DNA of 64,000 nucleotides from Bifidobacteriaceae bacterium (GTDB taxonomy: Bacteria > Actinomycetota > Actinomycetes > Actinomycetales > Bifidobacteriaceae). The stretch covers positions 8,841-72,840 of the forward strand of contig JALCQD010000006.1 in NCBI GenBank assembly GCA_022651005.1, in the 5' to 3' direction. This document shows, piece after piece, positions 27,865 to 36,551 of this stretch (positions are counted from its first letter, which is position 1; every line of letters begins with the position of its first letter). The position numbers were made by a program, and so were the translations under genes. The notes below the pieces were generated by a model. The model saw only the letters and a program-made list of their open reading frames with translations. It made no database searches and had not been told where the DNA came from.

Positions 27865-29013
27865 TTACTTTCGCAGTTGTGCCACGGTCTCGTCGATGCA
27901 TACGGTGAGCGCGCGCACGTCCTCCGGTTCGACGGAGGGAAAGACGCCGATGCGGAGTTGATTGCGGTTGAGCTTTCTATATGCAAAGGTGTCCACGATG
28001 CCGTTTTCGCGCAGTCCCGCCACGATGTCGGAAGCAACCAATGAGTCATCGATGTCAAGACTCACCACGACGTTCGACCGATCGTCGGGATTCGTCACGA
28101 AGGGCGTTGCGAAGTCGGACGATTCCGCCCAGGTGTAGAGTGTGGCCGCAGATTTTTCGCAGCGCTTTGTAGACCAATCAAGGCCACCGTTGCGGTTGAG
28201 CCAGTCGATTTGCTCGTTCATGAGAACGAGCGTCGCAATTGCGGGCGTGTTATAGGTCTGGTTTTTACGGGAATTGCGCAATGCCGTGCCGAAAGAGAGG
28301 AACGTGGGGATCCAGCGGCCGGAATTACCGCTCGCTGCGTCCTTTTCGATTTTCTCTGCACGCTCGATGGCAGCGGGGGAGACGATGGCTATCCAAAGGC
28401 CACCATCACTGCCAAAGGCCTTTTGAGGAGAGAAGTAATAGGCGTCGGTCTGCGAGATGTCCACTGGTAGGCCGCCCGCGGCGGAGGTGCCGTCGATGAG
28501 AGTGAGAGCGCCAGCCTCTTTGCTGCCGGGGATGCGCTCGATGTGCGTCGCTGCGCCGGTAGACGTCTCGTTGTGCGGCCATGCATAGACATCGGCGTCG
28601 GGGGTGAGCTCGGGCAGACGCGTGGTGCCATAGGGAGAGTCAAAAACGACCGGTTCAGAAAGGAATGGAGCAATTTTTGCCTCGGTGGCAAATTTTCCTC
28701 CGAACTCGCCGAAGACGCCGTATGCCGCAGTGTCCTCAATAAGGCAGGAGCAGGCCACATCCCAGAAGGCGCTCGCGCCGCCGTTGCCGAAAACAACCTC
28801 ATAGCCGTCAGGTAGCGAGAAAAAATCAGAGAGGCCATCCTTGATGGAGGCTACCACGTCGCGCACAGGTGCCTGGCGATGCGACGTTCCCAAAATCGAG
28901 GGATTCGCATGGAAAAGAACGTCCATTTGCTCAGACCTGATTTTGCTGGGGCCGGCGCCGAAACGTCCATCGTGAGGAAGAATGTCTGCAGGAAGGCTGA
29001 TATGGCGTGTCAT
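27865..29013 (-). CDS. serC: Phosphoserine aminotransferase (actinobacterial type)
   Basis: 382 aa. N-terminal DGRFGAGPSKIR motif and PLP-lysine context YYFSPQKAFGSDGG. Confidence 0.9.
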   Translation of the reverse strand: MTRHISLPADILPHDGRFGAGPSKIRSEQMDVLFHANPSILGTSHRQAPVRDVVASIKDGLSDFFSLPDGYEVVFGNGGASAFWDVACSCLIEDTAAYGVFGEFGGKFATEAKIAPFLSEPVVFDSPYGTTRLPELTPDADVYAWPHNETSTGAATHIERIPGSKEAGALTLIDGTSAAGGLPVDISQTDAYYFSPQKAFGSDGGLWIAIVSPAAIERAEKIEKDAASGNSGRWIPTFLSFGTALRNSRKNQTYNTPAIATLVLMNEQIDWLNRNGGLDWSTKRCEKSAATLYTWAESSDFATPFVTNPDDRSNVVVSLDIDDSLVASDIVAGLRENGIVDTFAYRKLNRNQLRIGVFPSVEPEDVRALTVCIDETVAQLRK

Positions 29014-29175
29014 AAATCACACTTTACTCATGGCGCATGAACTCGAGGCATGCGAAACCGCGAGGAAGAATGTGGAAAGTGCCGCACTTTATCCACAGGA
29101 GTGCGGTTCTCTTTATGACAATCCGTGAAGGTCATGTATGATTCTTTGTGGTTCCCTGCTATGGAGGTCATCCCT

Positions 29176-30243
29176 ATGAAGCATTCGGCACATAAAGCCG
29201 ATCATGCCACCAAAGGAAAATCAGCCACTTCTCTGACTGTTTCCCCGACTCGTGCGCATGCTGCGACGTCACATCGCGCACCTCGTACGGGACTCTTTTC
29301 CCGCAGTGCGGTTTCTTCCTCCTCTTTTTCAGACTCACAAGCGGTCATGACAGCTGTGGCTGTGCGTCCTGGTGCAACGAAGCATCGCGCACAGTCCCAT
29401 CACTCATGGCCAATGCTCCCTGTGCTGCGGACCTCTCGGTCTGCGCGCTCCGCCCATGCGATGCCGCGCCAGACGGGCAATGGCATCTCAACAGTGGCGC
29501 TCAGCCGCTTGTCTCCAGTTAGACTGGTGGCGGTCCTTGGCCTCACTGCGATGGTGGGTGCCGGCGCAATTGTCGCCACAGCGAACGCAAGCCGCATATC
29601 GTCCTTGTCTGCAGGTGCCACGTCCACGGTATCGACGGTGTCCTTCACTCCCGTCTCGTCCGAATCAATTGCATCGGGCTCAAGCGTGTCACGTTCTTCC
29701 CAACGTGTGGACCTGGACTCGGCCGCATCGGTCGCCGCCATGAAAACGGATGGCGAGTGGGATCTCGACAGCTCCGCTGCGGACTCCATTGACGCCGGAA
29801 AGGTCTCTGTAGCAACGGCCTCCAACGCCGCTGTTCAGAAGAAATTGCAATCTTCTGCCGCTCAGCCGCCGTCTGGTTTCAATGTCAACCACGCCACGGG
29901 AGACTCTGGCGATGCCTACGCGTTCTCTCAATGCACCTGGTGGGCGTATACGCGTCGTCATCAGCTCGGACTTCCGGTGGGATCCTACTTTGGCAATGGC
30001 GCGCAATGGGCCGCGTCGGCAAAAAAGCTTGGCTATTGGGTAGATAACAACCCGCAGGTGGGGGACGTCATGGTCTTCCAGCGTGGGCAAGAAGGCGCAT
30101 CGAGCGCGTACGGCCATGTTGCCATCGTCGAGAAGATCAAGGACGGCAAGGTTGTCACGTCGGAGTCGGGTGCGGCGCTCAACGGTAAGACGATTTCGCG
30201 AACCTTCAGCAATGTGCACGACTTCCAATACATTCATTACTGA
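29176..30243 (+). CDS. Membrane-anchored CHAP-domain peptidoglycan hydrolase
   Basis: Start at MKHSAHK, preceded by GGAGG 8 nt upstream. A basic, Ser-rich N-terminal region precedes a TM segment (VRLVAVLGLTAMVGAGAIVA). The C-terminal CHAP domain has Cys (QCTWWAY) and His (YGHVAIVE). Confidence 0.85.
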   Translation: MKHSAHKADHATKGKSATSLTVSPTRAHAATSHRAPRTGLFSRSAVSSSSFSDSQAVMTAVAVRPGATKHRAQSHHSWPMLPVLRTSRSARSAHAMPRQTGNGISTVALSRLSPVRLVAVLGLTAMVGAGAIVATANASRISSLSAGATSTVSTVSFTPVSSESIASGSSVSRSSQRVDLDSAASVAAMKTDGEWDLDSSAADSIDAGKVSVATASNAAVQKKLQSSAAQPPSGFNVNHATGDSGDAYAFSQCTWWAYTRRHQLGLPVGSYFGNGAQWAASAKKLGYWVDNNPQVGDVMVFQRGQEGASSAYGHVAIVEKIKDGKVVTSESGAALNGKTISRTFSNVHDFQYIHY

Positions 30244-30341
30244 GATCGCGTTCAACGGTTTTGAGAGGATTCTGCTCCTTGTTGCCCACCCAAAATTGGC
30301 ATTGAGCGCAATCTTTTAAAAAATATTCGCTTCGCCTTCAC

Positions 30342-30383
30342 CTCCGACGTATCCCCATCGTGCTGGGAATCGTCGGAGTTTTG
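30342..30383 (+). terminator. Rho-independent terminator after the CHAP gene
   Basis: CTCCGACG...CGTCGGAG outer stem with an imperfect inner extension, followed by TTTTG. Confidence 0.7.
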
Positions 30384-30466
30384 CTATGTCTCATTCGCAC
30401 CGCTTATTGCCTCAAATGAGCGTCATGGGTTTGCATGAGTGTGTGATTTTGGTAAAATCGGTCACG

Positions 30467-31228
30467 ATGACTAAGAAAAAACGAGTTCTCACGAGTGCAA
30501 TTCTTGTCCTGGCTACCGCTGTCGCGTCTGCTGTCGCGATTCCGGCCGCTTCCGCAACCGATACCACTTCTGTCGTTTCCGCACGGTCATTCCCTGCACA
30601 GAAGCGTGTGAGCACAAGCAATATTTTGGTTGAATCCACGTCCGTTGACGTCTCGAAGAAGAGCGACTGGGGCGGGGTCGAATCCCTCAAGATTTCCAAG
30701 ACGGATTCTCCAGCGCAGGTTGCTGCGAAGAAGGCAGCAGCGAAGGCGGCGCAGGAAGCGGCTGCTCAGCAGCAGGCTGCCAGCCGTTCCGAAACGCGTA
30801 CTGCGTTGACGGGTTCGTCATCTTCCACTTCATCTTCAAGCGCTTCGAGTTCCGTCAGCGTTGCTAATCCCACGAGCAAGTCTGCGGCGGCATTGGTCTC
30901 TTATGCCGAACAGTTCGTGGGCAGGGCGCCATACCGCTACGGTGGCACCACTCCTAGTGGATGGGATTGCTCTGGTTTTACCATGTACGTCTTTGCGAAG
31001 TTCGGTGTGTCTCTGCCCCACTCTTCAGGAGCTCAGGCAAGCAGAGGCACTGCTGTTGCTTCTCTGGCGCAGGCCCGTCCGGGCGATATTCTTGCCAACG
31101 GCAGCCATGCCGCTATATACATTGGCAATGGCATGGTCGTCAACGCCCTGAATCCAGGCAAGGGAACGGGCATCAGCTCCGTGAGCGGCACATTCTACAG
31201 CAGCTACTCAATTCGTCGTTTGCTGTAA
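30467..31228 (+). CDS. Secreted NlpC/P60-family peptidoglycan endopeptidase
   Basis: Start at MTKKKRVLTSAILVLATAVASAVAIPAASA (signal peptide). An Ala/Ser-rich linker precedes an NlpC/P60 domain with YRYGGTTPSGWDCSGF and GSHAAIYIG. Confidence 0.88.
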   Translation: MTKKKRVLTSAILVLATAVASAVAIPAASATDTTSVVSARSFPAQKRVSTSNILVESTSVDVSKKSDWGGVESLKISKTDSPAQVAAKKAAAKAAQEAAAQQQAASRSETRTALTGSSSSTSSSSASSSVSVANPTSKSAAALVSYAEQFVGRAPYRYGGTTPSGWDCSGFTMYVFAKFGVSLPHSSGAQASRGTAVASLAQARPGDILANGSHAAIYIGNGMVVNALNPGKGTGISSVSGTFYSSYSIRRLL

Positions 31229-31255
31229 TCGGCAACAGCACCGCGTCAAACCTCT

Positions 31256-31281
31256 AAAGCCCGCCCAAGTGGCGGGCTTTT
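31256..31281 (+). terminator. Rho-independent terminator after the NlpC/P60 gene
   Basis: AAAGCCCGCC-CAAGT-GGCGGGCTTT followed by T. Confidence 0.85.
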
Positions 31282-31422
31282 GCGTACGAGGCCCGTATTA
31301 TAGACACACTTTTTTCAGTTCATTTTCAGACTGACGGGTGAATTAGCGATAATCTTGGAACAGGCAAGCAGTGAGCGGCACCTAAGCCGTGATGCCGATA
31401 CCAACCGAAAGAGAGGTACGAC

Positions 31423-32565
31423 ATGACCATGGATAACAAGGCGGTTCTCGTCGGAGTTGATGGAACGGACGCCAGCTATAAGGCAGTGTGGTGGGCAGCG
31501 AATTATGCGAAACATGCGGGACTGACGCTGCAAATCGTCTGCGCTTACTCGTTGCCAAGTTATGCGGCGGTGTCCTTCGACGCCACCTATACAGCGTTGG
31601 GAGATGACGCTGTAGCGCACACGGATGCGCAGGAGATTCTTTCGCGGGCCAAGGCTATCGCTGATGAGCAGGGCGTGGACGCGTCGACGCTTATCGTGAC
31701 AGGTGACCCTTCGTCAGTTTTCGTGGAGCTGTCACGCAATTACAACCTCATCGTCATTGGTAACCGTGGCAAGGGTGGCTTGGCAGAGCGCCTTTTGGGC
31801 ACCACGTCGTCGAGCCTTCCCGCCTATGCGTACTGCCCGATTGTGGTAGTTCCCTTCACCGATGACGAAGATAAGCTTCTTCACCTCAACAACGTGATTA
31901 CTCGTGTTGTGGTGGGATCCGATGAATCCAAGTGGGGGCTGAAGGCACTGGAGATTGCAGCAGACTTTGCCAACAGCTGGGATGCTGATCTCACTGTGCT
32001 CTCCGCTGTGCCGGTGTACAGCGCCTCGAGCGGAGTGTTCTCGCTGGCGCCTTCGCAGGAGGAAACCGACAAGATTCTTGCGTCGTATCTCGATGATCTC
32101 AAGGTGCGTGTGGAACCGATCCATAAGCAGTATCCGAACCTCGTAATTCGTACGGAGGTTGTTCCGGGTTCGGCGGTGGATACTCTGACGCACGCCAGCT
32201 CCACCAACGACGTTGTTGTGGTGGGCTCTCGCGGCCGCGGTGGGTTCACTGGACTCATTCTGGGGTCCACCAGTCAGGGTCTCATTCAGCACGCCACGTC
32301 GCCGGTGTATGTGGTGCCACGCAAGTATGTGGAGGCAGCAGAGCGTGAGATGGATGCCACGCCGCAGTCTCCGGCGGATGTTCCCATCAAGTCTCTCGAA
32401 GACATTATGGGCGTTCAGAAGGTGGAAGTCCCCACAGGCTCTCACCAGCAGGCAGAGGAAATCGATACGGCTATTGACCCGTTGCGTCCCGATCACGACG
32501 ACAGCCAGAACGATCATTCGGACACGACGCCGAATGTTCCGGGGAAGGACGCTTCGGAGGAATAG
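31423..32565 (+). CDS. Universal stress protein, tandem Usp domains
   Basis: Two Usp domains, each with an ATP-binding G-x2-G-x9-G(S/T) motif (GNRGKGGLAERLLGTTSS; GSRGRGGFTGLILGSTSQ). Acidic, disordered C-terminal tail. Confidence 0.88.
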   Translation: MTMDNKAVLVGVDGTDASYKAVWWAANYAKHAGLTLQIVCAYSLPSYAAVSFDATYTALGDDAVAHTDAQEILSRAKAIADEQGVDASTLIVTGDPSSVFVELSRNYNLIVIGNRGKGGLAERLLGTTSSSLPAYAYCPIVVVPFTDDEDKLLHLNNVITRVVVGSDESKWGLKALEIAADFANSWDADLTVLSAVPVYSASSGVFSLAPSQEETDKILASYLDDLKVRVEPIHKQYPNLVIRTEVVPGSAVDTLTHASSTNDVVVVGSRGRGGFTGLILGSTSQGLIQHATSPVYVVPRKYVEAAEREMDATPQSPADVPIKSLEDIMGVQKVEVPTGSHQQAEEIDTAIDPLRPDHDDSQNDHSDTTPNVPGKDASEE

Positions 32566-32620
32566 GCAAAGGACAATTCTTTCGCGCCTACATGCGCGGA
32601 ACTATTGAACAACTATTAAA

Positions 32621-32673
32621 CATAGAGAGTGGGCGCTCACCGAGAAATATCCGGTGAGCGCCCACTCTCTATG
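32621..32673. terminator. Bidirectional terminator, 22-bp perfect hairpin between convergent usp and osmC-like genes
   Basis: CATAGAGAGTGGGCGCTCACCG - 9-nt loop - CGGTGAGCGCCCACTCTCTATG, with T-rich flanks on both strands. Confidence 0.75.
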
Positions 32674-32728
32674 TTTACATATTGAGTTTTGTGTGTGCAG
32701 GCTATGAAAGGCCTGCACACGGGTACTT

Positions 32729-33142
32729 CTACTTCCGCAAAGTGACGTCCATGCGCACGGGGGTTGCTTCCTTCAGCGTGTGCATCACGGTGCAGGACTT
32801 CTCGATGTGACGGCGCACGCGCTCCTGGAGCTTGTCGGCATCTTCATCGCTGAGATCCGCTCCGCTGGCGTCGATTGCCACATGCTCTTCGAACGAGAGA
32901 TAGCGGTCTTCATCGGCGTCGTACTTCGCGTCGACGGTGACCTTAGCGCCGTTGCCCTCTCCGAGGGTGTGTTCAATGGCGAATTGCGACGACGTGGCAC
33001 CGCAGGCGGCTAGCGCGACCTTCATGAGGTCTCCGGGGGAGAAGAGGCCCGGGCCTTTCCCGAACTTCAGGTGCGCGCCGTCTTCGGAAAATCCATCCCA
33101 AGAACCATCCTTGTTACGCTCAACCCACAGTCTTTTTCCCAT
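32729..33142 (-). CDS. OsmC/Ohr-family peroxiredoxin-like protein
   Basis: 137 aa with the two conserved Cys contexts (ALAACGATS and KSCTVMHTL). Confidence 0.85.
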   Translation of the reverse strand: MGKRLWVERNKDGSWDGFSEDGAHLKFGKGPGLFSPGDLMKVALAACGATSSQFAIEHTLGEGNGAKVTVDAKYDADEDRYLSFEEHVAIDASGADLSDEDADKLQERVRRHIEKSCTVMHTLKEATPVRMDVTLRK

Positions 33143-33268
33143 GATGTCTCCTTACGTCGATGCGTGCTCACACACACGAAATACAGATGTATCAATACTC
33201 TCACCAATTTATCTAAGCCCACGGAGAAGAGGTGCGCCACGTCTGCTGCGTTCCGTATTCTCTGGAGT

Positions 33269-34141
33269 ATGGCTTTGACTCAGGCTGAACTCGACAGCAT
33301 TCGCACAGCGATCCCTCGGCGCCCAGATTCCGCGATTCCCACACCGTACGAGGACTTGGTACGAAAGATCCTCACGGAGGGAACGTTGAAATCGGACCGC
33401 ACGGGAACGGGCACCATTTCACTGTTCGGCCAGCAGATGCGCTTCGACTTGTCACAAGGTTTTCCCATGATCACGACGAAGCGCGTGTTTTTCAAGGGAC
33501 TCGCGTACGAGCTGCTGTGGTTCCTCAAGGGTTCCTCAAACGTTCGCTGGCTGCAGGAGAACAACGTTCACATTTGGGATGAATGGGCAGACGAGGATGG
33601 CAATCTCGGACCGGTCTATGGCGTTCAGTGGCGCAGCTGGCCTGCTCCGACTCCAGAAGACCCCCAGCGCACAGTTGACCAGATTTCCAAGGTCATGGAT
33701 CTCATTCGAACGCATCCGGATTCACGGCGCATGATCGTCTCCGCGTGGAACCCTGCGGAGGTGGATCAGATGGCGTTACCGCCATGCCACGCGCTCTTCC
33801 AGTTTTATGTGGCAGATGGAAAATTGAGTTGCCAGCTCTATCAGCGCTCGGCGGACATGTTCCTGGGTGTTCCATTCAATATCGCGTCTTATGCTCTTCT
33901 CACGTCAATGATCGCACAGCAGACGGGCTTGGAACCTGGCGAGTTCGTGTGGACTGGCGGAGATTGCCATATCTACGACAATCACGTGGATCAGGTGCTC
34001 GAGCAGTTGTCGCGCGAACCGTATCCCTATCCCACACTTGAGCTCGACAAGGCTGACTCGATCTTCGATTACACATATGAGGACTTCCACGTGCTCAACT
34101 ATCAGCATCATGCCACCATCAAGGCTCCCGTGGCTGTGTAA
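33269..34141 (+). CDS. thyA: Thymidylate synthase (ThyA type)
   Basis: Start at MALTQAELD, in frame with the ORF-track extension that overlaps osmC. Motifs DRTGTGT, catalytic Cys in [13 protein letters not shown], and [13 protein letters not shown]. Confidence 0.95.
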   Translation: MALTQAELDSIRTAIPRRPDSAIPTPYEDLVRKILTEGTLKSDRTGTGTISLFGQQMRFDLSQGFPMITTKRVFFKGLAYELLWFLKGSSNVRWLQENNVHIWDEWADEDGNLGPVYGVQWRSWPAPTPEDPQRTVDQISKVMDLIRTHPDSRRMIVSAWNPAEVDQMALPPCHALFQFYVADGKLSCQLYQRSADMFLGVPFNIASYALLTSMIAQQTGLEPGEFVWTGGDCHIYDNHVDQVLEQLSREPYPYPTLELDKADSIFDYTYEDFHVLNYQHHATIKAPVAV

Positions 34142-34251
34142 AAGAGCGGGCCTCGCACGATGACCTCGGGTACAGAGAGTGAAATCCCTCTGAAGTCAGC
34201 GTGATTCGGTAGTATTGCCAGTGTTGTTTTCTTAAAGGAGTTTAAACGACG

Positions 34252-34986
34252 ATGGAGCATGACAGTAGCCGCAGTGGTTATCACGAACCCGGGCCCGTTG
34301 AAGGCGGGCACGACGAGGGTTTGTGGGGGGCGCCAGCACAGGAGCTGGGAGCGCCCACGTATTCAATCAATTTGATTTGGGCCGAGGCCAAAAGCACCGA
34401 CGGAGTGCCCGGAGCCATCGGTAACGCAGGAGGAATGCCGTGGCATCTTTCTGAGGATCTCAGGCGTTTCGCCGACCTTACCGTATCGCATCCCGTCATC
34501 ATGGGACGCAAGACGTGGGAGTCGCTGGGGGAGAAGTATCGTCCGCTGCCGAACCGCGACAACATTGTGATCAGCCACGATGCACAATATAAAGCGCGTG
34601 GGGCGAGTGTGGTTGAGTCCTTGGGAGAGGCGCTCGGCATCGCGAAAGAGGAGGCCATCCCAGATGACGGCATCGACCGTTCTGAGATCTGGATCATCGG
34701 AGGCGGGACTCTGTTCAGAGAATGCCTCGCGCAGGCAAACGCGGTGTATGTGACGCAGATCGATGCAACGGTTGCTGCGGATGTCTTCGCGCCGAACGTG
34801 CGCGATTTGGTATCGAATGGCACGTGGCGTGTGGCAGATGTTGGCGAGTGGCGTGCCCCTGGGAAGGTCAAGGACGCCGCTGCGATTCCGCGTTTTCGCT
34901 ATGTGAAGTACGAGCGCGTCAATGCGGCGCGGAACAACGAGTACTTTGGTGGACACGAACACCGCGAACGGGATGAAAGGGAGTAA
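34252..34986 (+). CDS. folA: Dihydrofolate reductase with N- and C-terminal extensions
   Basis: DHFR core (LIWAEA...GMPWHLSEDLRRFADLT...IMGRKTWESL...PLPNRDNIVIS). AAAGGAG lies 11 nt upstream of the ATG. Immediately downstream of thyA. Confidence 0.9.
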   Translation: MEHDSSRSGYHEPGPVEGGHDEGLWGAPAQELGAPTYSINLIWAEAKSTDGVPGAIGNAGGMPWHLSEDLRRFADLTVSHPVIMGRKTWESLGEKYRPLPNRDNIVISHDAQYKARGASVVESLGEALGIAKEEAIPDDGIDRSEIWIIGGGTLFRECLAQANAVYVTQIDATVAADVFAPNVRDLVSNGTWRVADVGEWRAPGKVKDAAAIPRFRYVKYERVNAARNNEYFGGHEHRERDERE

Positions 34987-34992
34987 GGCAGC

Positions 34993-35508
34993 ATGCCTTC
35001 AGGCTTGAGGACGCCCTATACCATCATGACCGTGTGCACGGGCAATATTTGCCGCTCTCCCATGGCAGAGGTGATTCTGCGTGCTGCATTCGAGAATGCA
35101 GGGCTGGGTGATGACGTTGCCCTCGACTCCACCGGTGTGAGCGATGAAGAATACGGCCACCCCATAGATCCGCGCGCCCAGAAAGTGCTGAGAGAGCATG
35201 GATATGAGGTTCCTCGCCACCGCGCACGTCAGATCAGCGCTGACGAAGCTGCGCGCACCGACCTTCTCCTGCCCATGACCGCCGCTCACAAGCGTGCGCT
35301 GCTGCGTTTTGTGCCACAGGATCATCGGGAGGCCGTACACCTGTATCGCAGCTTTGACCCTCACCTTCAGGTACCTGCGTCTCCGTACGACGATTCCATC
35401 GACTTGGTGGATCCTTGGTATGGCGGGCCGCGAGAATTTGACGTTGCCATTGATCAGATCGAAGGCGTGGCGCCATACATTGTGAAGTACGTAAAAAGTC
35501 AGCTGTGA
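34993..35508 (+). CDS. Low-molecular-weight protein-tyrosine phosphatase
   Basis: Active-site loop VCTGNICRSPMAE (C-X5-R-S) and the DPWYG general-acid motif. Confidence 0.9.
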   Translation: MPSGLRTPYTIMTVCTGNICRSPMAEVILRAAFENAGLGDDVALDSTGVSDEEYGHPIDPRAQKVLREHGYEVPRHRARQISADEAARTDLLLPMTAAHKRALLRFVPQDHREAVHLYRSFDPHLQVPASPYDDSIDLVDPWYGGPREFDVAIDQIEGVAPYIVKYVKSQL

Positions 35509-35691
35509 GCCATCTCACATTGTGCATGGGAATTATTCGAGTCCCGGTGTGTTGACTCATATGTGCATCCACAGAAAGTGGGTGTTGTTCACCGTTTCGC
35601 TTGCAGCTTTTTCGTAAGGGTGTATGGTGAGGTGAAATTAGTGCGAGGCTATGGTCTAGCAACGATGACTAGACGGAGGGAGGTGAAAAGT

Positions 35692-35931
35692 ATGACAAGT
35701 ACTTCAAAGATTATGACGAAGAAGAGCAATATCTTTAATATGGCGAAGCGTGTTTCTGAAAGTGACGCGACGCTGAGGAACGAATATTCCGGCCAATCGG
35801 TCGACGATTTTGCACAGCATGCACGGTATGCATTCCAGAGTCAAGGCATTCGACTGACTCGAGAAGATCTCGAAAATTATGTCCGCTCAGTCGCTTCTGG
35901 CAAGGACTATCGTTTCGTGGTTGCTTACTGA
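35692..35931 (+). CDS. Hypothetical small protein (79 aa)
   Basis: ATG preceded by GGAGGGAGGTGAAAAGT. Possible promoter TTGCAG-N16-TATGGT about 90 nt upstream. An 18-nt palindrome (35952-35969) lies downstream. No family recognised, and the coding status is uncertain. Confidence 0.4.
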   Translation: MTSTSKIMTKKSNIFNMAKRVSESDATLRNEYSGQSVDDFAQHARYAFQSQGIRLTREDLENYVRSVASGKDYRFVVAY

Positions 35932-36113
35932 TAGCAACTGCAGCAGTATTCCGAGCGATGCATCGCTCGCCATTTTCCCCACACACTAAACTTCCTGGGG
36001 AAGAAAGCTCTTTTACCGCTAGGCACCTCGATGTGCCCGGCGGTTTTTATATTTAGGGGGAGATTGTGCAGTGAGTTTTGGCGTCACTACTCTCTGGTGC
36101 AATGGGCTGCACA

Positions 36114-36150
36114 GAAAACAAAAAATCCCAAGCCGTTAAGCTTGGGATTT
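36114..36150 (-). terminator. Rho-independent terminator downstream of the tRNA-Asp/tRNA-Phe pair
   Basis: The minus strand reads AAATCCCAAGC-TTAACG-GCTTGGGATTT followed by TTTGTTTTC. Confidence 0.85.
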
Positions 36151-36158
36151 CAACGAAA

Positions 36159-36234
36159 TGGTGGCTCCGAGCGGCATCGATCCGCTGACCTCACGATTTT
36201 CAGTCGTACGCTCTACCAACTGAGCTACAGAGCC
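36159..36234 (-). tRNA. tRNA-Phe (anticodon GAA), CCA encoded
   Basis: Folded by hand: acceptor GGCTCTG/CGGAGCC, D arm GCTC-AGTTGGTA-GAGC, anticodon stem TACGA/TCGTG with loop CTGAAAA, T stem AGCGG/CCGCT, 3' ACCA. Confidence 0.93.
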
Positions 36235-36277
36235 AAATGAACAGTCTCATGAAAATCATGTGAATTACTGTTCTGGG

Positions 36278-36351
36278 CGACCCCGAACGGACTTGAACCG
36301 TCGACCTCCGCCGTGACAGGGCGGCGCTCTAACCAACTGAGCTACGGGGCC
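36278..36351 (-). tRNA. tRNA-Asp (anticodon GTC)
   Basis: Folded by hand: acceptor GGCCCCG/CGGGGTC, D arm GCTC-AGTTGGTTA-GAGC, anticodon stem CCGCC/GGCGG with loop CTGTCAC, T arm GACGG-TTCAAGT-CCGTT. CCA is not encoded. Confidence 0.93.
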
Positions 36352-36551
36352 ACAACTGCAAAAGCAGCCGAGATGAAATAGTACAGGAATTTCGCGTTCA
36401 TGCAAACCCGGGGAGGTGGCGCAGGGCGTGTCGTGGTGCGAATCATTGGAATCTCAACGAGACACACCCTCTGCGCGATTGAATGCGCAGAGGGGCACGC
36501 GCGTCGTGTCTTGTGTTCATCGTGACATTCGTTTGGCCGACGAAGTAGCGT

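Noticed and set aside
30244-30466. Possible cyclic-di-AMP (ydaO-type) riboswitch upstream of the NlpC/P60 gene, as is common for actinobacterial cell-wall hydrolases
   Set aside because: The only strong structure is a hairpin plus U-run that fits a terminator for the preceding CHAP gene. I could not recognise the pseudo-symmetric conserved ydaO core. An Rfam scan would settle it.
14181-32673. Shared GTGGGCGC 8-mer in the hairpins at 14181-14224 and 32621-32673; possible REP-like repeat family
   Set aside because: Only 8 nt are shared, and the order of flanking elements differs. A GC-rich 8-mer is expected to recur by chance in 64 kb of high-GC DNA.
33071-33268. ORF-track N-terminal extension of thyA, overlapping the osmC-like gene
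   Set aside because: The conserved ThyA sequence starts at MALTQ (33269), which has a GGAG just upstream. The extension covers a divergent gene and the promoter region.
35509-36158. Integrated mobile element at the tRNA-Phe 3' end
   Set aside because: There is no integrase, transposase or phage gene, and no direct repeat of the tRNA 3' end could be found. It is reported only as a compositionally odd islet, not as a mobile element.
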